Positions 43,702 to 53,335 of a stretch of DNA of 64,000 nucleotides are shown here, one piece after another (the stretch's first letter is position 1; each line of letters starts with the position of its first letter). The notes under the pieces are model-generated. The model had not been told where the DNA came from. It saw only the letters and a list, made by a program, of their open reading frames with translations, and did not search any database. Origin of the DNA: Minisyncoccota bacterium (GTDB lineage Bacteria > Patescibacteriota > Minisyncoccia > Minisyncoccales > JAQTPW01); the NCBI GenBank assembly GCA_028712565.1, contig JAQTPW010000001.1, positions 2,653 through 66,652 of the forward strand, given 5' to 3'. A program made the position numbers and the translations under genes.

Positions 43702-43731
43702 TTTTTCATATTTATTTTTATACAAAAAATC
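43702..43731. repeat. Left copy of a ~26-30-bp direct repeat bracketing the two orphan genes
   Basis: TTTTTCATA..TTTTATACAAAAAATC. The 16-mer TTTTATACAAAAAATC (43716-43731) is identical to 44841-44856. Both copies are followed by a hairpin plus T-run. Confidence 0.75.
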
Positions 43732-43878
43732 ATCCTTCGACACGGCTCAAGATGTTTTTTTATTCTTGACAAACTAAGCTCTGTACGGGGGAATAAAATC
43801 TGATATGATTTTACTAACGAGTTAAGCTCGTTAAAATAAAAAAATTGGGAGATAAATTTTTTATCTCGGGAGGAAAAA

Positions 43879-44364
43879 ATGAATGAGTTGGCTAATGTAA
43901 CTGACGCAAGAATTAACCAGATTGCTTTAGGTACCATGGGTATTTTTTTGAGGGAACATCCCGTTCCGGAAGATGAAAATAAGTACAAGATGTTTGTGGG
44001 CATATACCAGATGTGTGAGGGTATGTGTAAGGAATGGGAAATGGCAGAGATTAAGGTGACCCCCAGCGAACTTCTTGAAGTTTTCTCGTATGTAGTAGGT
44101 GGCGGAAGCGAGGTAATTTCCGACAGGATGGGACAGATCGCAAACGCCTTCATGAGTATTAAATTGCGAGAAAAGAATCGAGGGGAAGTTGAGGGCGTCA
44201 AACATGTAATTGTCAAATATGTCTGCCCAAAGCCTGAAATGACAAGGATAAATGCCTTGCCTGAAGAACTTTTCGCGGCATATATGCGGATCCGTGTAAA
44301 AATTCTTCGGCACGAGAAGAATCAACCACTTTCCGTCGGGAGCTCCAATAGGAGCGAGAGTTAA
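43879..44364 (+). CDS. Hypothetical protein (orphan), strong SD
   Basis: 161 aa. GGGAGG lies 7 nt upstream of the ATG. By eye, local GC is higher than in the flanks, and long antisense ORFs are probably a by-product of this. No motif recognised. Confidence 0.55.
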   Translation: MNELANVTDARINQIALGTMGIFLREHPVPEDENKYKMFVGIYQMCEGMCKEWEMAEIKVTPSELLEVFSYVVGGGSEVISDRMGQIANAFMSIKLREKNRGEVEGVKHVIVKYVCPKPEMTRINALPEELFAAYMRIRVKILRHEKNQPLSVGSSNRSES

Positions 44365-44570
44365 AAAAAAGATTTAATTTCAAAAAGTCTTAGAAAAAAG
44401 TCCTTAGGGTTCAAAAACTCTTTGGACTTTTTCATTTGTGAAAAATTTGTTTACTTAAGCTTAAAAAAATACGCTCTATACAGGGCAAAGAGAATTTGCT
44501 ATATTGTATTAACGAGCTAAAAGAGCTTATTTTATAAAGGTCGCGGTAATTAAAAAATTTTTATATTCAT

Positions 44571-44825
44571 ATGGCAAAAGCTAATTCAGCATTTATGAAG
44601 CCAATGAAAGTCAGCGAAGATTTATCAGCTGTCGTCGGCAAAGGCCCCCTTCCAAGATCCGAAGTTGTTAAGAAACTTTGGGCATACATTAAGAAGAACG
44701 GCCTTCAGGATGCAAAGAATAAACGCAATATTAACGCTGATGCTAATTTGAAAAAAGTTTTCGGCGGAAAAGGGACAGTTAATATGTTTGAGATGACAAA
44801 GCTTGTTTCAAAGCATCTTTCATAA
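44571..44825 (+). CDS. SWIB/MDM2 domain protein
   Basis: 84 aa. ..LSAVVGKGPLPRSEVVKKLWAYIKKNGLQD..NINADANLKKVFG.. is the typical SWIB core. Confidence 0.85.
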   Translation: MAKANSAFMKPMKVSEDLSAVVGKGPLPRSEVVKKLWAYIKKNGLQDAKNKRNINADANLKKVFGGKGTVNMFEMTKLVSKHLS

Positions 44826-44830
44826 GCCAG

Positions 44831-44876
44831 TTTTTCATTATTTTATACAAAAAATCCGTTGTAAGGCGGATTTTTT
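44831..44876. repeat. Right copy of the direct repeat, plus terminator hairpin
   Basis: TTTTTCATTATTTTATACAAAAAATC, then CCG-TTGTAAG-CGG within AATCCG..CGGATT, then T6. Confidence 0.75.
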
Positions 44877-44996
44877 GTTGGAGAAAGATAAGTTTTCCAC
44901 AGCCGGGCTTTTATGTTTTTGCATACACTGTATAATAGACTAATGACAAAAAAGGTCGAATAAATTGTTATAATAAAACCTTAAATTTAATAAACT

Positions 44997-45689
44997 ATGT
45001 TTTTTCAAAATTTAGGAATATCAATTAGCGACGCTCTGATAAATATCTGGAATAGATTTATAAATTTTGCTCCAAATATCATAGTGGCAATAATTATTTT
45101 TGTTATTGGCTGGTTTATTGCGCTTTTTGTTGGAAAATTAATTGCTGAAATCCTAAAGAGATTGAAATTCAATGAGATTTTTGAGAAAGGAAATTGGGAT
45201 GAGGCACTGGCAAAAGCTGATATTAAAGTAGATGTATCTGAGTTTATTGGAGCTATTTTCAAATGGGTTTTAGTGATTGTTTTTCTTCAGCTTTCAGTTG
45301 GTCTTTTGGGTTGGATGCAATTTACCTTGCTTTTGGATAAAATTATAAATTATCTTCCGCATGTAATAGTTGCGGCTTTGATTTTTGTTGTTACAGTTGT
45401 GGTTGTTGATATTGTTGAAAAGTTAGTCAGGGTTACCGTAGAAAGAATGAAAGTGGGCTATGGCCAGACAGTTAGCGCGGTTGTCAGGTGGGCGATTTGG
45501 ACTTTTGCAATTCTGATGATTTTACGGGAATTGATTATTGTGCCTGCATTTATTGACACGATATTTAACGCAATGATTTATGGGACAGTGGCATTTTTGG
45601 TGATATCTTTTGGGCTTTCATTTGGCTTGGGCGGGAAGGAGGCTGCGGCAAAAATGATTGAAGAATTAAAGAGCAAAATTGCAAGATAG
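44997..45689 (+). CDS. Membrane protein with conserved-TM-helix repeats (mechanosensitive-channel-related family)
   Basis: 230 aa, 4-5 TM segments, with repeated ..II.F.IGW..A..VGK.. type helices. Confidence 0.5.
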   Translation: MFFQNLGISISDALINIWNRFINFAPNIIVAIIIFVIGWFIALFVGKLIAEILKRLKFNEIFEKGNWDEALAKADIKVDVSEFIGAIFKWVLVIVFLQLSVGLLGWMQFTLLLDKIINYLPHVIVAALIFVVTVVVVDIVEKLVRVTVERMKVGYGQTVSAVVRWAIWTFAILMILRELIIVPAFIDTIFNAMIYGTVAFLVISFGLSFGLGGKEAAAKMIEELKSKIAR

Positions 45690-45713
45690 GTTTCTTTATT
45701 AATGTGCATAACC

Positions 45714-45740
45714 AATGCCGCCCTCTTCGGGGGCGGCATT
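45714..45740 (+). terminator. Strong hairpin (no clear T-run)
   Basis: AATGCCGCCC-TCTTCGG-GGGCGGCATT, 10-bp perfect stem. Confidence 0.5.
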
Positions 45741-45753
45741 GTATATTGCGGGC

Positions 45754-45781
45754 TTGACACGCACTTTTGTTTTGCTAATAT
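45754..45781 (+). promoter_or_regulatory. Sigma70-like promoter upstream of 23S
   Basis: TTGACA (45754-45759), 16 nt including TGC, then TAATAT (45776-45781). Confidence 0.55.
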
Positions 45782-46332
45782 ATTAGCAGGATTATATATG
45801 AATATAAAAACAAAAACTATAAACAAAGAGAGCGGCTAATTTGCTGTTTTTCGCGCGTGATTGAAGCCGCTTCTCCAAAGCGGTTTTTGTTTTTTCAGTA
45901 GAGCAACTTCGACAAAAGTTTTTAAAGAAAACTTTTAAATCTTAAAAAGAGTCGAAGATGTCTTGCTGGATTTTTCCGAACGGTAAGAACTTTAAAAATT
46001 TATCAGTAAATATTAGGGTCTACAATTAATTAAATTATTTAAAACGATTATTAATTGCTAGCCAAGATGGTAAATTAAGGGCGTATGGTGGATGCCTTGG
46101 GAGATTGAGGCGATGAAGGACGCGGCGTGACTGCGATAAGCCTCGGGTAGGTGTCTAGCAACCTCTAATCCGGGGATTTCCGAATGGGGAAACCCAATTC
46201 CATTTTATGGAATTGCCCTGAGAGCAATCGAAGGGCGCATACCCGCTGAAGCGAAACATCCCAGTAAGCGGAGGAAAAGAAAAAAACTTTTTATTTCCTG
46301 AGTAGCGGCGAGCGAAAAGGAAACAGTCCAAA

Positions 46333-46479
46333 CTTATTACTCCTCACTATTGTTCGGAGCAAAATAATCCGAATATCATCCGAATCTTATCCGAATGCTA
46401 CGAATTTAATTTGCAGATTCGGATTTCATTCGTAGATTCGTATTATTTTTAGCGACGAGCAGCAGCGAGGAGTAATGAG
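46333..46479 (+). repeat. Insertion E2 in 23S domain I, homologous to intergenic repeat E1
   Basis: 24-bp imperfect stem CTTATTACTCCTCACTATTGTTCG / CGACGAGCAGCAGCGAGGAGTAATGAG. The interior aligns with 38805-38890. Confidence 0.85.
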
Positions 46480-46731
46480 GGTTGCAAGGAAATGTCGTCG
46501 GGAGCACCCCTCACGTTGAATTAAATTAATGTGAGGGGTTAACCCGAGGGAGAATATTTAGATAAAGTTTTGCTAGTTAAATGCCCCTGGAACGGGCAAC
46601 CATAGAAGGTAATAGTCCTGTAAACGAAAACAACTTTATGCTCCTTGATGTTTTTCTTAAGTACCACGGGAAAAGAAAGTCCTGTGGGAAACAGGCCCAA
46701 CTATAAGGGCCAAGACTAAATACTCAATCTC

Positions 46732-46770
<39 letters not shown>

Positions 46771-46828
46771 CAGGGAGGTGATCCCGGTGAAATAGAAACT
46801 GAAACCATATGCTCACAAAAAGTTCGAG

Positions 46829-46979
46829 CCCCGTTACAATTTTGCTCCTGACATGGCGAGCGAAGCGCGAGTGGCGAATAGCCACATCCTTTTATGGGCG
46901 CAGCGCTTCGCCCAGCAAGGGTGCACCTATTCGGTGCGCGCGCTGCGCAAAATAATTCAGAGGCAAAATTGTAACGGGG
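46829..46979 (+). repeat. Intervening sequence T3 replacing the tip of 23S helix 25 (CCCCGTTA family arms)
   Basis: Perfect 17-bp arms CCCCGTTACAATTTTGC / GCAAAATTGTAACGGGG around a GC-rich core. Flanked by ..GTTCGAG and TGAGAGCGTAC.., which correspond to E. coli ..GTGGGAGC[H25]GTGACTGCGTACC. Confidence 0.85.
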
Positions 46980-49125
46980 TGAGAGCGTACTTTTTGGAGA
47001 ACGAGCCAACGAGTTTCTTCACGCTTTTTGTCTAAGCCCCTATGGGGCGGAGGCGTAGTGAAAGCAAGCGTTAATAGCGCAAAAAAATAAAGCGTGGGGA
47101 AGACCCGAAGCCAAGCGAGCTTGCCATGATCAGGGCGAACTCTGGAGAAATCTGGAGGGAGGCCCGAACCTATGAGCCGTGCAATACTCTGGGACGAATT
47201 GTGGCAAGAAGAGAAAACCTAAACGAGCTTGGTAATAGCTGGTTCTCCCCGAAACAGCTTTGGGGCTAATGGCAGGTAAAAACTTTTGGAGGTAGAGCAC
47301 TAAATGGATAACCGTGGACTTCGTCCAGGTAATCCAATTAAACTCCGAATACCAGAAGTCTATTTCCTGCTAGCAAGACCGTGGGGGCTAAGCTTCACGG
47401 TCAAAAGGGAAGCAGCCCAGATCTTCATCTAAGGTCCCTAAACTGAGCTAAGTGTTATTAAGGAAGTGGAGTTCCTTTGATAGTTAGGAGGTTTGCTTAG
47501 AAGCAGTAACCCTTTAAAAAGTGCGTAACAGCTTACTAACTAAGGAATTCTGCGCTAAAGATTTAGGGGCTAAGCTCAGTACCGAAGATAAGAATGAACA
47601 TGCAATTTATTGCGTGTTCGTGGTAGGGGAGCGTCCTGCTCGCAGCGAAGATAAATCGTAAGATTTGTTGGAGTGAGCAGGAGTGAAAATGTTGGCATGA
47701 GTAACCGCAATGCAGGTGAAATCCCTGCACACCGAAAACCTAAAGTTTCCTTGGCAACGACAATCGGCCAAGGGTTAGGCGGTCCTTAGCTGAACCCGAA
47801 AGGGGCAAGTGATGGACAGCCGGTTAATATTCCGGCCCTCTGGCCTATTTTTTAGGAAGTGACGAAATTTAGTAACTCGGGCTAATTATGGATTTTAGTT
47901 TTTGCCTTAAGATTTTTCAAAAGGCAAGAAAATGTTCCCCCTCGGGGGGATAAATCCGAGCGAGCAAGTTTCCCAGAAAAACTTCCAAGAGTTAAATAGG
48001 CCGGATCCGTACCAAAACCGACACAGGTAGGTTGGTGTGAATACACTAAGGTGAACGGGCGAAGCCTCGTTAAGGAACTCGGCAAAAAAGTGTTCGTACG
48101 TTCGCAATAAGAACTTCCCGAACCCGCAAGGGTGAGGGACGCAGCGAAAGTTTTCCAGGCGACTGTTTATCAAAAACACAGGTCCCTGCTCAACTCGCAA
48201 GAGGATGTATAGGGGCTGAAGTCTGACCAGCGCTGGAATGTTAAAGGTGAGGGTTGCTTCCGCAAGGGAGTAGCTCATTGCACTAAGCTTCCAGTCAGCG
48301 TCCGCCGTAACTATAACGGTGTTAAAGTAGCGTATCCCCTTGTCAGGTAAGTTCTGACCCGCATGAAAGACTTCACGACTTGGAAACTGTCTCAACGAGG
48401 AGCTCGGTGAAAACACAATACCGGTAAAGATGCCGGTTACCTGCGGCTAGACGGAAAGACCCCGGGAGCTTTACTGTAACTAGATATTGAATTTTGGTTT
48501 TGGATGCGTAGCGTAGAGGTGAGGATTTGAGGCCGCGATCTCGGTTGCGGCTGATCCGACAATGAAACAGCCTTCTTTCGAAACCACAGTTCTAACCCCC
48601 ATTAAATTGGGGAGACAGTGTCTGGCGGTCAGTTTAAGTGGGGCACTTGCCTCCTAAAATGTAATGGAGGCGTTTAAAGGTCGGCTAACTCCGGATGGAA
48701 ATCGGAGTGGTCGTGCAAAGGCATAAGCCGGCTTTACTGCAAGAACTATATTTCGCGCAGTTGGGAAACCAGAACTTAGTGAACCGACGGATTCTCATAG
48801 AAAATCCGAAGATCATCAACCAAAAGTTACCCCGGGGATAACAGGCTAGTAGGACCCGCGAGTCCATATCAACGGTCCTGTTCGGCACCTCGATGTCGGC
48901 TCTCCGCATCCTGGAGGTGAAGTCGCTTCCAAGGGTCTGACTGTTCGCCAGTTAAAGCGGAACGTGAGCTGGGTTCAGTACGTCGTAAGACAGTACGGTC
49001 CCTATCTACCGTAGGCGTTGAATCTTGAGGGGACTTGGGAATAGTACGAGAGGACTTTCCTGAACTGACCTCTGGTGTACCAGCTGTTCTGCCAAGAGCA
49101 TTGCTGGGTAGCTATGTCGGGAACT

Positions 49126-49156
<31 letters not shown>

Positions 49157-49373
49157 AAACCCCAAGATTAGGATTCATAGATTCCAGAGAGACCATCTGG
49201 TCGATAGACTGCCGGTGTAAGCTCCGTAAGGGGTTAAGCCAAGCAGCACTAATAAATCATTACACAAATCTTGACTAGCAATTAATGATCATTGGAAAAT
49301 AATTTAACTAATATTTTAAACCTTAGCGAAAGGCGGCGCGTCAAACGTGCCAGGCCTCGTGAGAGGGCGCTGA

Positions 49374-49487
49374 GGTGGCGGTTATACTGGCATTGTCCCA
49401 CCTGTTCCCATTCCGAACACAGAAGTGAAATATGCCAAGGCCGATGATAGTATCCTTTTGGATGCGAAAGTAGGAAGCTGCCACCTT
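49374..49487 (+). rRNA. rrf: 5S rRNA
   Basis: GGTGGCGGTTATAC...CCCACCTGTTCCCATTCCGAACACAGAAGTGAAA...GTAGGAAGCTGCCACC. The terminal helix closes correctly. Confidence 0.9.
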
Positions 49488-49561
49488 AGCGCCTTTTTGG
49501 TTACAAAATTTCGAGCACATAATAGGGCTTTTATTTTTTTTTCTTTGATATTAATATATAA

Positions 49562-50356
49562 ATGATGAAGCGTTTTTCTAAAATAAAATTAGGCGCAATT
49601 GGCATTTTGTTAATCGCGTTTTTTGTTTTAGTGAATCTGCCAGGTTTTTCCAAAGGAATCCGAAATTTTTTCTATTCGTTTTCTTCCCCAATCCAGAGAA
49701 TGCTATTGGGAGCAGGGGATAATATGTCAAATTTTTTTGCCGGAATTTTTAGCTACGGAAATTTAAAAAAAGAAAATGATAATTTTAAAGTTCAAATTCT
49801 TGAGAAATCTGCCGAAATCTCCGGCCTTCAAGAATTAAAAAAAGAGAACGAGGCTTTAAAAGCGGGTTTGGTCCAGAATCTTCAAAAAGATTTTAAATTA
49901 ATTTTTGCTAATATTGTCAGCAAGGGAATTGGAGATTTTATTCTGATTAATAAGGGTTTAAATGACGGGGTAAAAAAAGACATGCCTGTAATTACGGAAC
50001 AGAAATTTTTACTAGGTAAAATTTACGAAGTTTATAAAAATTATTCGAAAGTATTGCTAATTACGAATAAAGACAGCTCCTTTGATGCTGAAATTTTATC
50101 AGCTGAGGCAACAGGAGTTTTAAAAGGCAAGGGAAATTTTAACGCAGTTTTGGATTCGGTCCCCCAGGAAGCGGAAATAAAAACCGGGGATTTGGTTTTT
50201 ACAACTTCTTTGGGCGACGTTTTCCCCGAAGGCCTTTTAGTAGGCGAAATAAAATCCCTTAATAAAAACGATGTCAGTTCTTTTCAGCAAGCTGAAATAA
50301 AACCGGCATTTGATAAGGCGTTGAAAAGCAGCGTTTTTATAATTTCTAACTTTTGA
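49562..50356 (+). CDS. mreC: Rod shape-determining protein MreC
   Basis: 264 aa. N-terminal TM, coiled coil, ..GDLVFTTSLGDVFPEGLLVGEI... Confidence 0.88.
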   Translation: MMKRFSKIKLGAIGILLIAFFVLVNLPGFSKGIRNFFYSFSSPIQRMLLGAGDNMSNFFAGIFSYGNLKKENDNFKVQILEKSAEISGLQELKKENEALKAGLVQNLQKDFKLIFANIVSKGIGDFILINKGLNDGVKKDMPVITEQKFLLGKIYEVYKNYSKVLLITNKDSSFDAEILSAEATGVLKGKGNFNAVLDSVPQEAEIKTGDLVFTTSLGDVFPEGLLVGEIKSLNKNDVSSFQQAEIKPAFDKALKSSVFIISNF

Positions 50357-50667
50357 TGCTGAAAAATATTTTAATTCTAATTTTTGGCTTATACATTTTA
50401 GTTTTGTTTCAAACAAGCCTTTTTGCTGATTTTCGCGCTTTTGGATTCCCCCCAAATTTTATTTTGGTTTTTGTAATTTTGTTTAATTTCTTTGAAAGTC
50501 CCGCGAAGAAATTTGGCTTAATTTCTGCAATTTTCGGCGGCTTTTTTTTGGATGTTTTTTCTGCCAGCTTCTTTGGATTTCACATTTTATTTCTATTGGT
50601 CTGCGCAGTTTTTATTAAATTTATAGTTAGGAGATATGTTAGAATTCCAGGTATCCAAAAATATTAA
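50353..50667 (+). CDS. mreD: Rod shape-determining protein MreD-like small membrane protein
   Basis: 104 aa, 3-4 TM segments. Assignment rests on its position between mreC and pbp2. Confidence 0.6.
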   Translation: MMLKNILILIFGLYILVLFQTSLFADFRAFGFPPNFILVFVILFNFFESPAKKFGLISAIFGGFFLDVFSASFFGFHILFLLVCAVFIKFIVRRYVRIPGIQKY

Positions 50668-52609
50668 AAAAAGAAGAATTTCATTTGCCTACCAAAACGA
50701 TATCGAGCCGCACGAGGCGCTTTTGGATAAATTAGCCCAAAGAAAAGAAGAAGAATTTGGCCTTACGGGGAAAAAATTTGAAGTTCCCCTTTCAAAAAAG
50801 GTTTTGATTGGTTTTTTGATTGGGTCTCTTTCTTTATTTTTATTTTTATTTTTGAAAACTGCCCAGCTTCAGATATTAGAAGGAAAAAAGTATTCAATGC
50901 TTTCTCAAAAAAATAAATTCATAAATTCCCAGATTCAGGCAGAAAGAGGCGTAATTTATGATAAAAATTTAAATCAATTGGTTTTTAACGTTCCGGCATT
51001 CGACCTAATTTTCAATAAAGCGAATTTTCCAGAAGATGGGGCAGAAAAAAACCGAATAATTGCGGAAGTTTCTCAAATAATCGGGGAGAGCATTGAAAAC
51101 GTGGAGGAAAAAATAGAAAATAACGAGAATCCGGTTTTGGAAAATATCCCGCATCAGGTTTTAATTGTTTTGGAAACAAAAATGGATGATCTTTTAGGAT
51201 TTGAAATTCGCAAAGACTGGGTTAGGGAGTATAAAGATAGTGAAAATTTTTCTCATTTGTTGGGGTATTTGGGAAAAATAACAGCCGCTGAATTAAAAGA
51301 TTCTAACTATACGGTTTTTGATTGGGTGGGAAGGGCAGGTATTGAAAAAAAGTATGAGGACTTTTTAAAGAAAGATCCTGGAGAATTGCAGATTGAAAGA
51401 GATGCTTTGGGGAATGAAATTTCTCGAGAAATTATTTCTCAGCCAGAATCCGGGAAAAGTTTAGTCCTTTGGGTGGATTCTGGTTTGCAAAATAAGATAA
51501 CCGAAGCGCTAAAGACAATTTTGAGGGAAAAAGGATTAAAAAATGCAGCAGCTGTTGCTTTGGATCCAAAAACTGGAGGGATTTTATCTATGGTTTCTTT
51601 GCCAAGTTATGATAATAATCTTTTTAACAAAGGTTCCAACGCCGATGAGCTTTTAAGCCTTCTTTCTAACCCCAATGAGCCGCTTTATAATTTAGCAATA
51701 GGTGGGCAATTCCCAAGCGGGTCAACTATCAAACCGTTGATTGCTTCGGCTGCTCTGCAGGAAAAAATTATATCTCCTAATAAAAAAATAAATGATAGCA
51801 AAGGAAATATTGAAATTCCCAATCCGTGGGATCCTGATTCGCCGACTATAAAGGGCGACTGGACAATTCATGGCTTGACTGATATGCGAAAAGCACTTGC
51901 CGAATCATGCAACGTTTATTTTTATACAATAGGCGGAGGCTATGGCGACCAAAATGGGTTGGGGATCACCAAAATTAAAAAATACCTTGAGCTGTTCGGT
52001 TGGGGAAAGAAAACTAATATAGATTTGCCGGGAGAAGTAGATGGATTCTTGCCTACGCCGGAATGGAAAAAAACAAAAACCGGAAATGACTGGCTTTTAG
52101 GAGATACTTATAATGTTTCTATTGGTCAGGGAGATGTTTTGGTAACTCCGCTTCAGATGGCGGCGAGCTTTCTTCCAATAGTAAATGGGGGCAAGCTTTT
52201 GGAGCCGCAGGTTGTTCAAAAAATAGTTGATTCTAAAAAAAATACGATTGAAAGTTTTGGAACGAAAATTATCAGAGAAAATTTCATAGATCCGGAAAAT
52301 TTAGAAATTGTTAGAGAAGGAATGCGGCAAGGCGTAACCGGGGAAAACAGCCCGCACGCGTCGTCCGTAACATTAAATACCTTGCCCGTAGCTGCCGCCG
52401 CAAAAACCGGAACTGCCGAAACGGGAAAAGTGATAAACGGCGAAAGAATTTATAACCACTGGATTACAGTTTTTGCGCCGTACGACGACCCGCAAATTGT
52501 ATTAACTATAGTTTTTAAAGATGTAAAAGGACTCGGCGGGACTACCTTGCCTGCGGCAAAAGAAATTTTGCAGTGGTATTTTACCGAAGGCGGAGGCGCT
52601 TCGAAATAG
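50636..52609 (+). CDS. mrdA: Penicillin-binding protein 2 (transpeptidase)
   Basis: 657 aa. SxxK (PSGSTIKP), SxN-like region, KTGTAE. Confidence 0.9.
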   Translation: MLEFQVSKNIKKRRISFAYQNDIEPHEALLDKLAQRKEEEFGLTGKKFEVPLSKKVLIGFLIGSLSLFLFLFLKTAQLQILEGKKYSMLSQKNKFINSQIQAERGVIYDKNLNQLVFNVPAFDLIFNKANFPEDGAEKNRIIAEVSQIIGESIENVEEKIENNENPVLENIPHQVLIVLETKMDDLLGFEIRKDWVREYKDSENFSHLLGYLGKITAAELKDSNYTVFDWVGRAGIEKKYEDFLKKDPGELQIERDALGNEISREIISQPESGKSLVLWVDSGLQNKITEALKTILREKGLKNAAAVALDPKTGGILSMVSLPSYDNNLFNKGSNADELLSLLSNPNEPLYNLAIGGQFPSGSTIKPLIASAALQEKIISPNKKINDSKGNIEIPNPWDPDSPTIKGDWTIHGLTDMRKALAESCNVYFYTIGGGYGDQNGLGITKIKKYLELFGWGKKTNIDLPGEVDGFLPTPEWKKTKTGNDWLLGDTYNVSIGQGDVLVTPLQMAASFLPIVNGGKLLEPQVVQKIVDSKKNTIESFGTKIIRENFIDPENLEIVREGMRQGVTGENSPHASSVTLNTLPVAAAAKTGTAETGKVINGERIYNHWITVFAPYDDPQIVLTIVFKDVKGLGGTTLPAAKEILQWYFTEGGGASK

Positions 52610-52675
52610 ATTTAAAGTAGACGTATTCCCCCTTAATTTTTATTAGATCGAATATAATAATATTTTGTAAAATGC

Positions 52676-52715
52676 GTATATTACTAACATAGCTATCGCC
52701 AAGATAGTAATATAT
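52676..52715 (+). promoter_or_regulatory. Conserved hairpin/promoter-like motif, copy C
   Basis: GTATATTACTAAC-ATAGCTATCGCCAAGA-TAGTAATATAT. Abuts or overlaps ATG 52714 of the PaaX-like gene. Confidence 0.6.
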
Positions 52716-53304
52716 GATATACGAAAGTATGAGTAAATATAAATATTATTTTAGAAAACCAAGATCGGAAATTATAAAAGATTTTTTAAACACGCTACTA
52801 GTTGCGGGCACCATTACGATTGCCGCTTCTTCTCCTTATTTTATTGTTAATTTATTAAAAGCCAATAAAAGTTTTAGGCGGTATCCAAAGCCGAGGATTG
52901 CCGATACTTTCGCGCGTTTGAAAAGGGAAGGATTAGTAGAAACCGTACGGCGTAATGGACAAATTTATATAAAACTTACTGATAAGGGAGAAAAGAAAGC
53001 CGGTTTTTACCAAATTAATAGTTTGAAAATAAAAAAACCGAAAAAATGGGATGATAAATGGAGAATTGTTATTTTTGATATTTCTGAGCTAAAAAGAAGC
53101 CACCGGGAAGCTTTTCGAGGAAAATTAAAGGAATTAGGATTTAAATCTCTTCAAAAAAGCGTTTGGGTGCATCCTTTCCAATGTAAAGATGAGATAGCGC
53201 TCCTGCGTGATTTTTTCGGTTTGGAAAAAAATGATATTCGCATAATAGTTGCCGAAGAAATCGAAAATAGCGCCGATTTAAAGAAATATTTTCTTCTTAA
53301 TTAA
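52714..53304 (+). CDS. PaaX-like regulator: TM segment + winged helix + PaaX/Cas2-fold domain (paralog 1)
   Basis: 196 aa. ..FARLKREGLVETVRRNGQIYIKLTDKG.. (wHTH) and ..WDDKWRIVIFDISELKRSHREAFRGKLKELGFKSLQKSVWVHP... The start may be ATG 52729. Confidence 0.65.
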   Translation: MIYESMSKYKYYFRKPRSEIIKDFLNTLLVAGTITIAASSPYFIVNLLKANKSFRRYPKPRIADTFARLKREGLVETVRRNGQIYIKLTDKGEKKAGFYQINSLKIKKPKKWDDKWRIVIFDISELKRSHREAFRGKLKELGFKSLQKSVWVHPFQCKDEIALLRDFFGLEKNDIRIIVAEEIENSADLKKYFLLN

Positions 53305-53335
53305 CACATACGGTTAATTAACTACAAAATAACAA

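Noticed and set aside
43581-44325. Long minus-strand ORFs (211 aa and 132 aa) antisense to the 161-aa orphan gene
   Set aside because: They have no SD or promoter on that strand. The + strand ORF has GGGAGG at ideal spacing plus a promoter-like motif. By eye, local GC is higher than in the flanks, which lowers stop-codon frequency in all frames. The 211-aa ORF would also run into the tRNA terminators.
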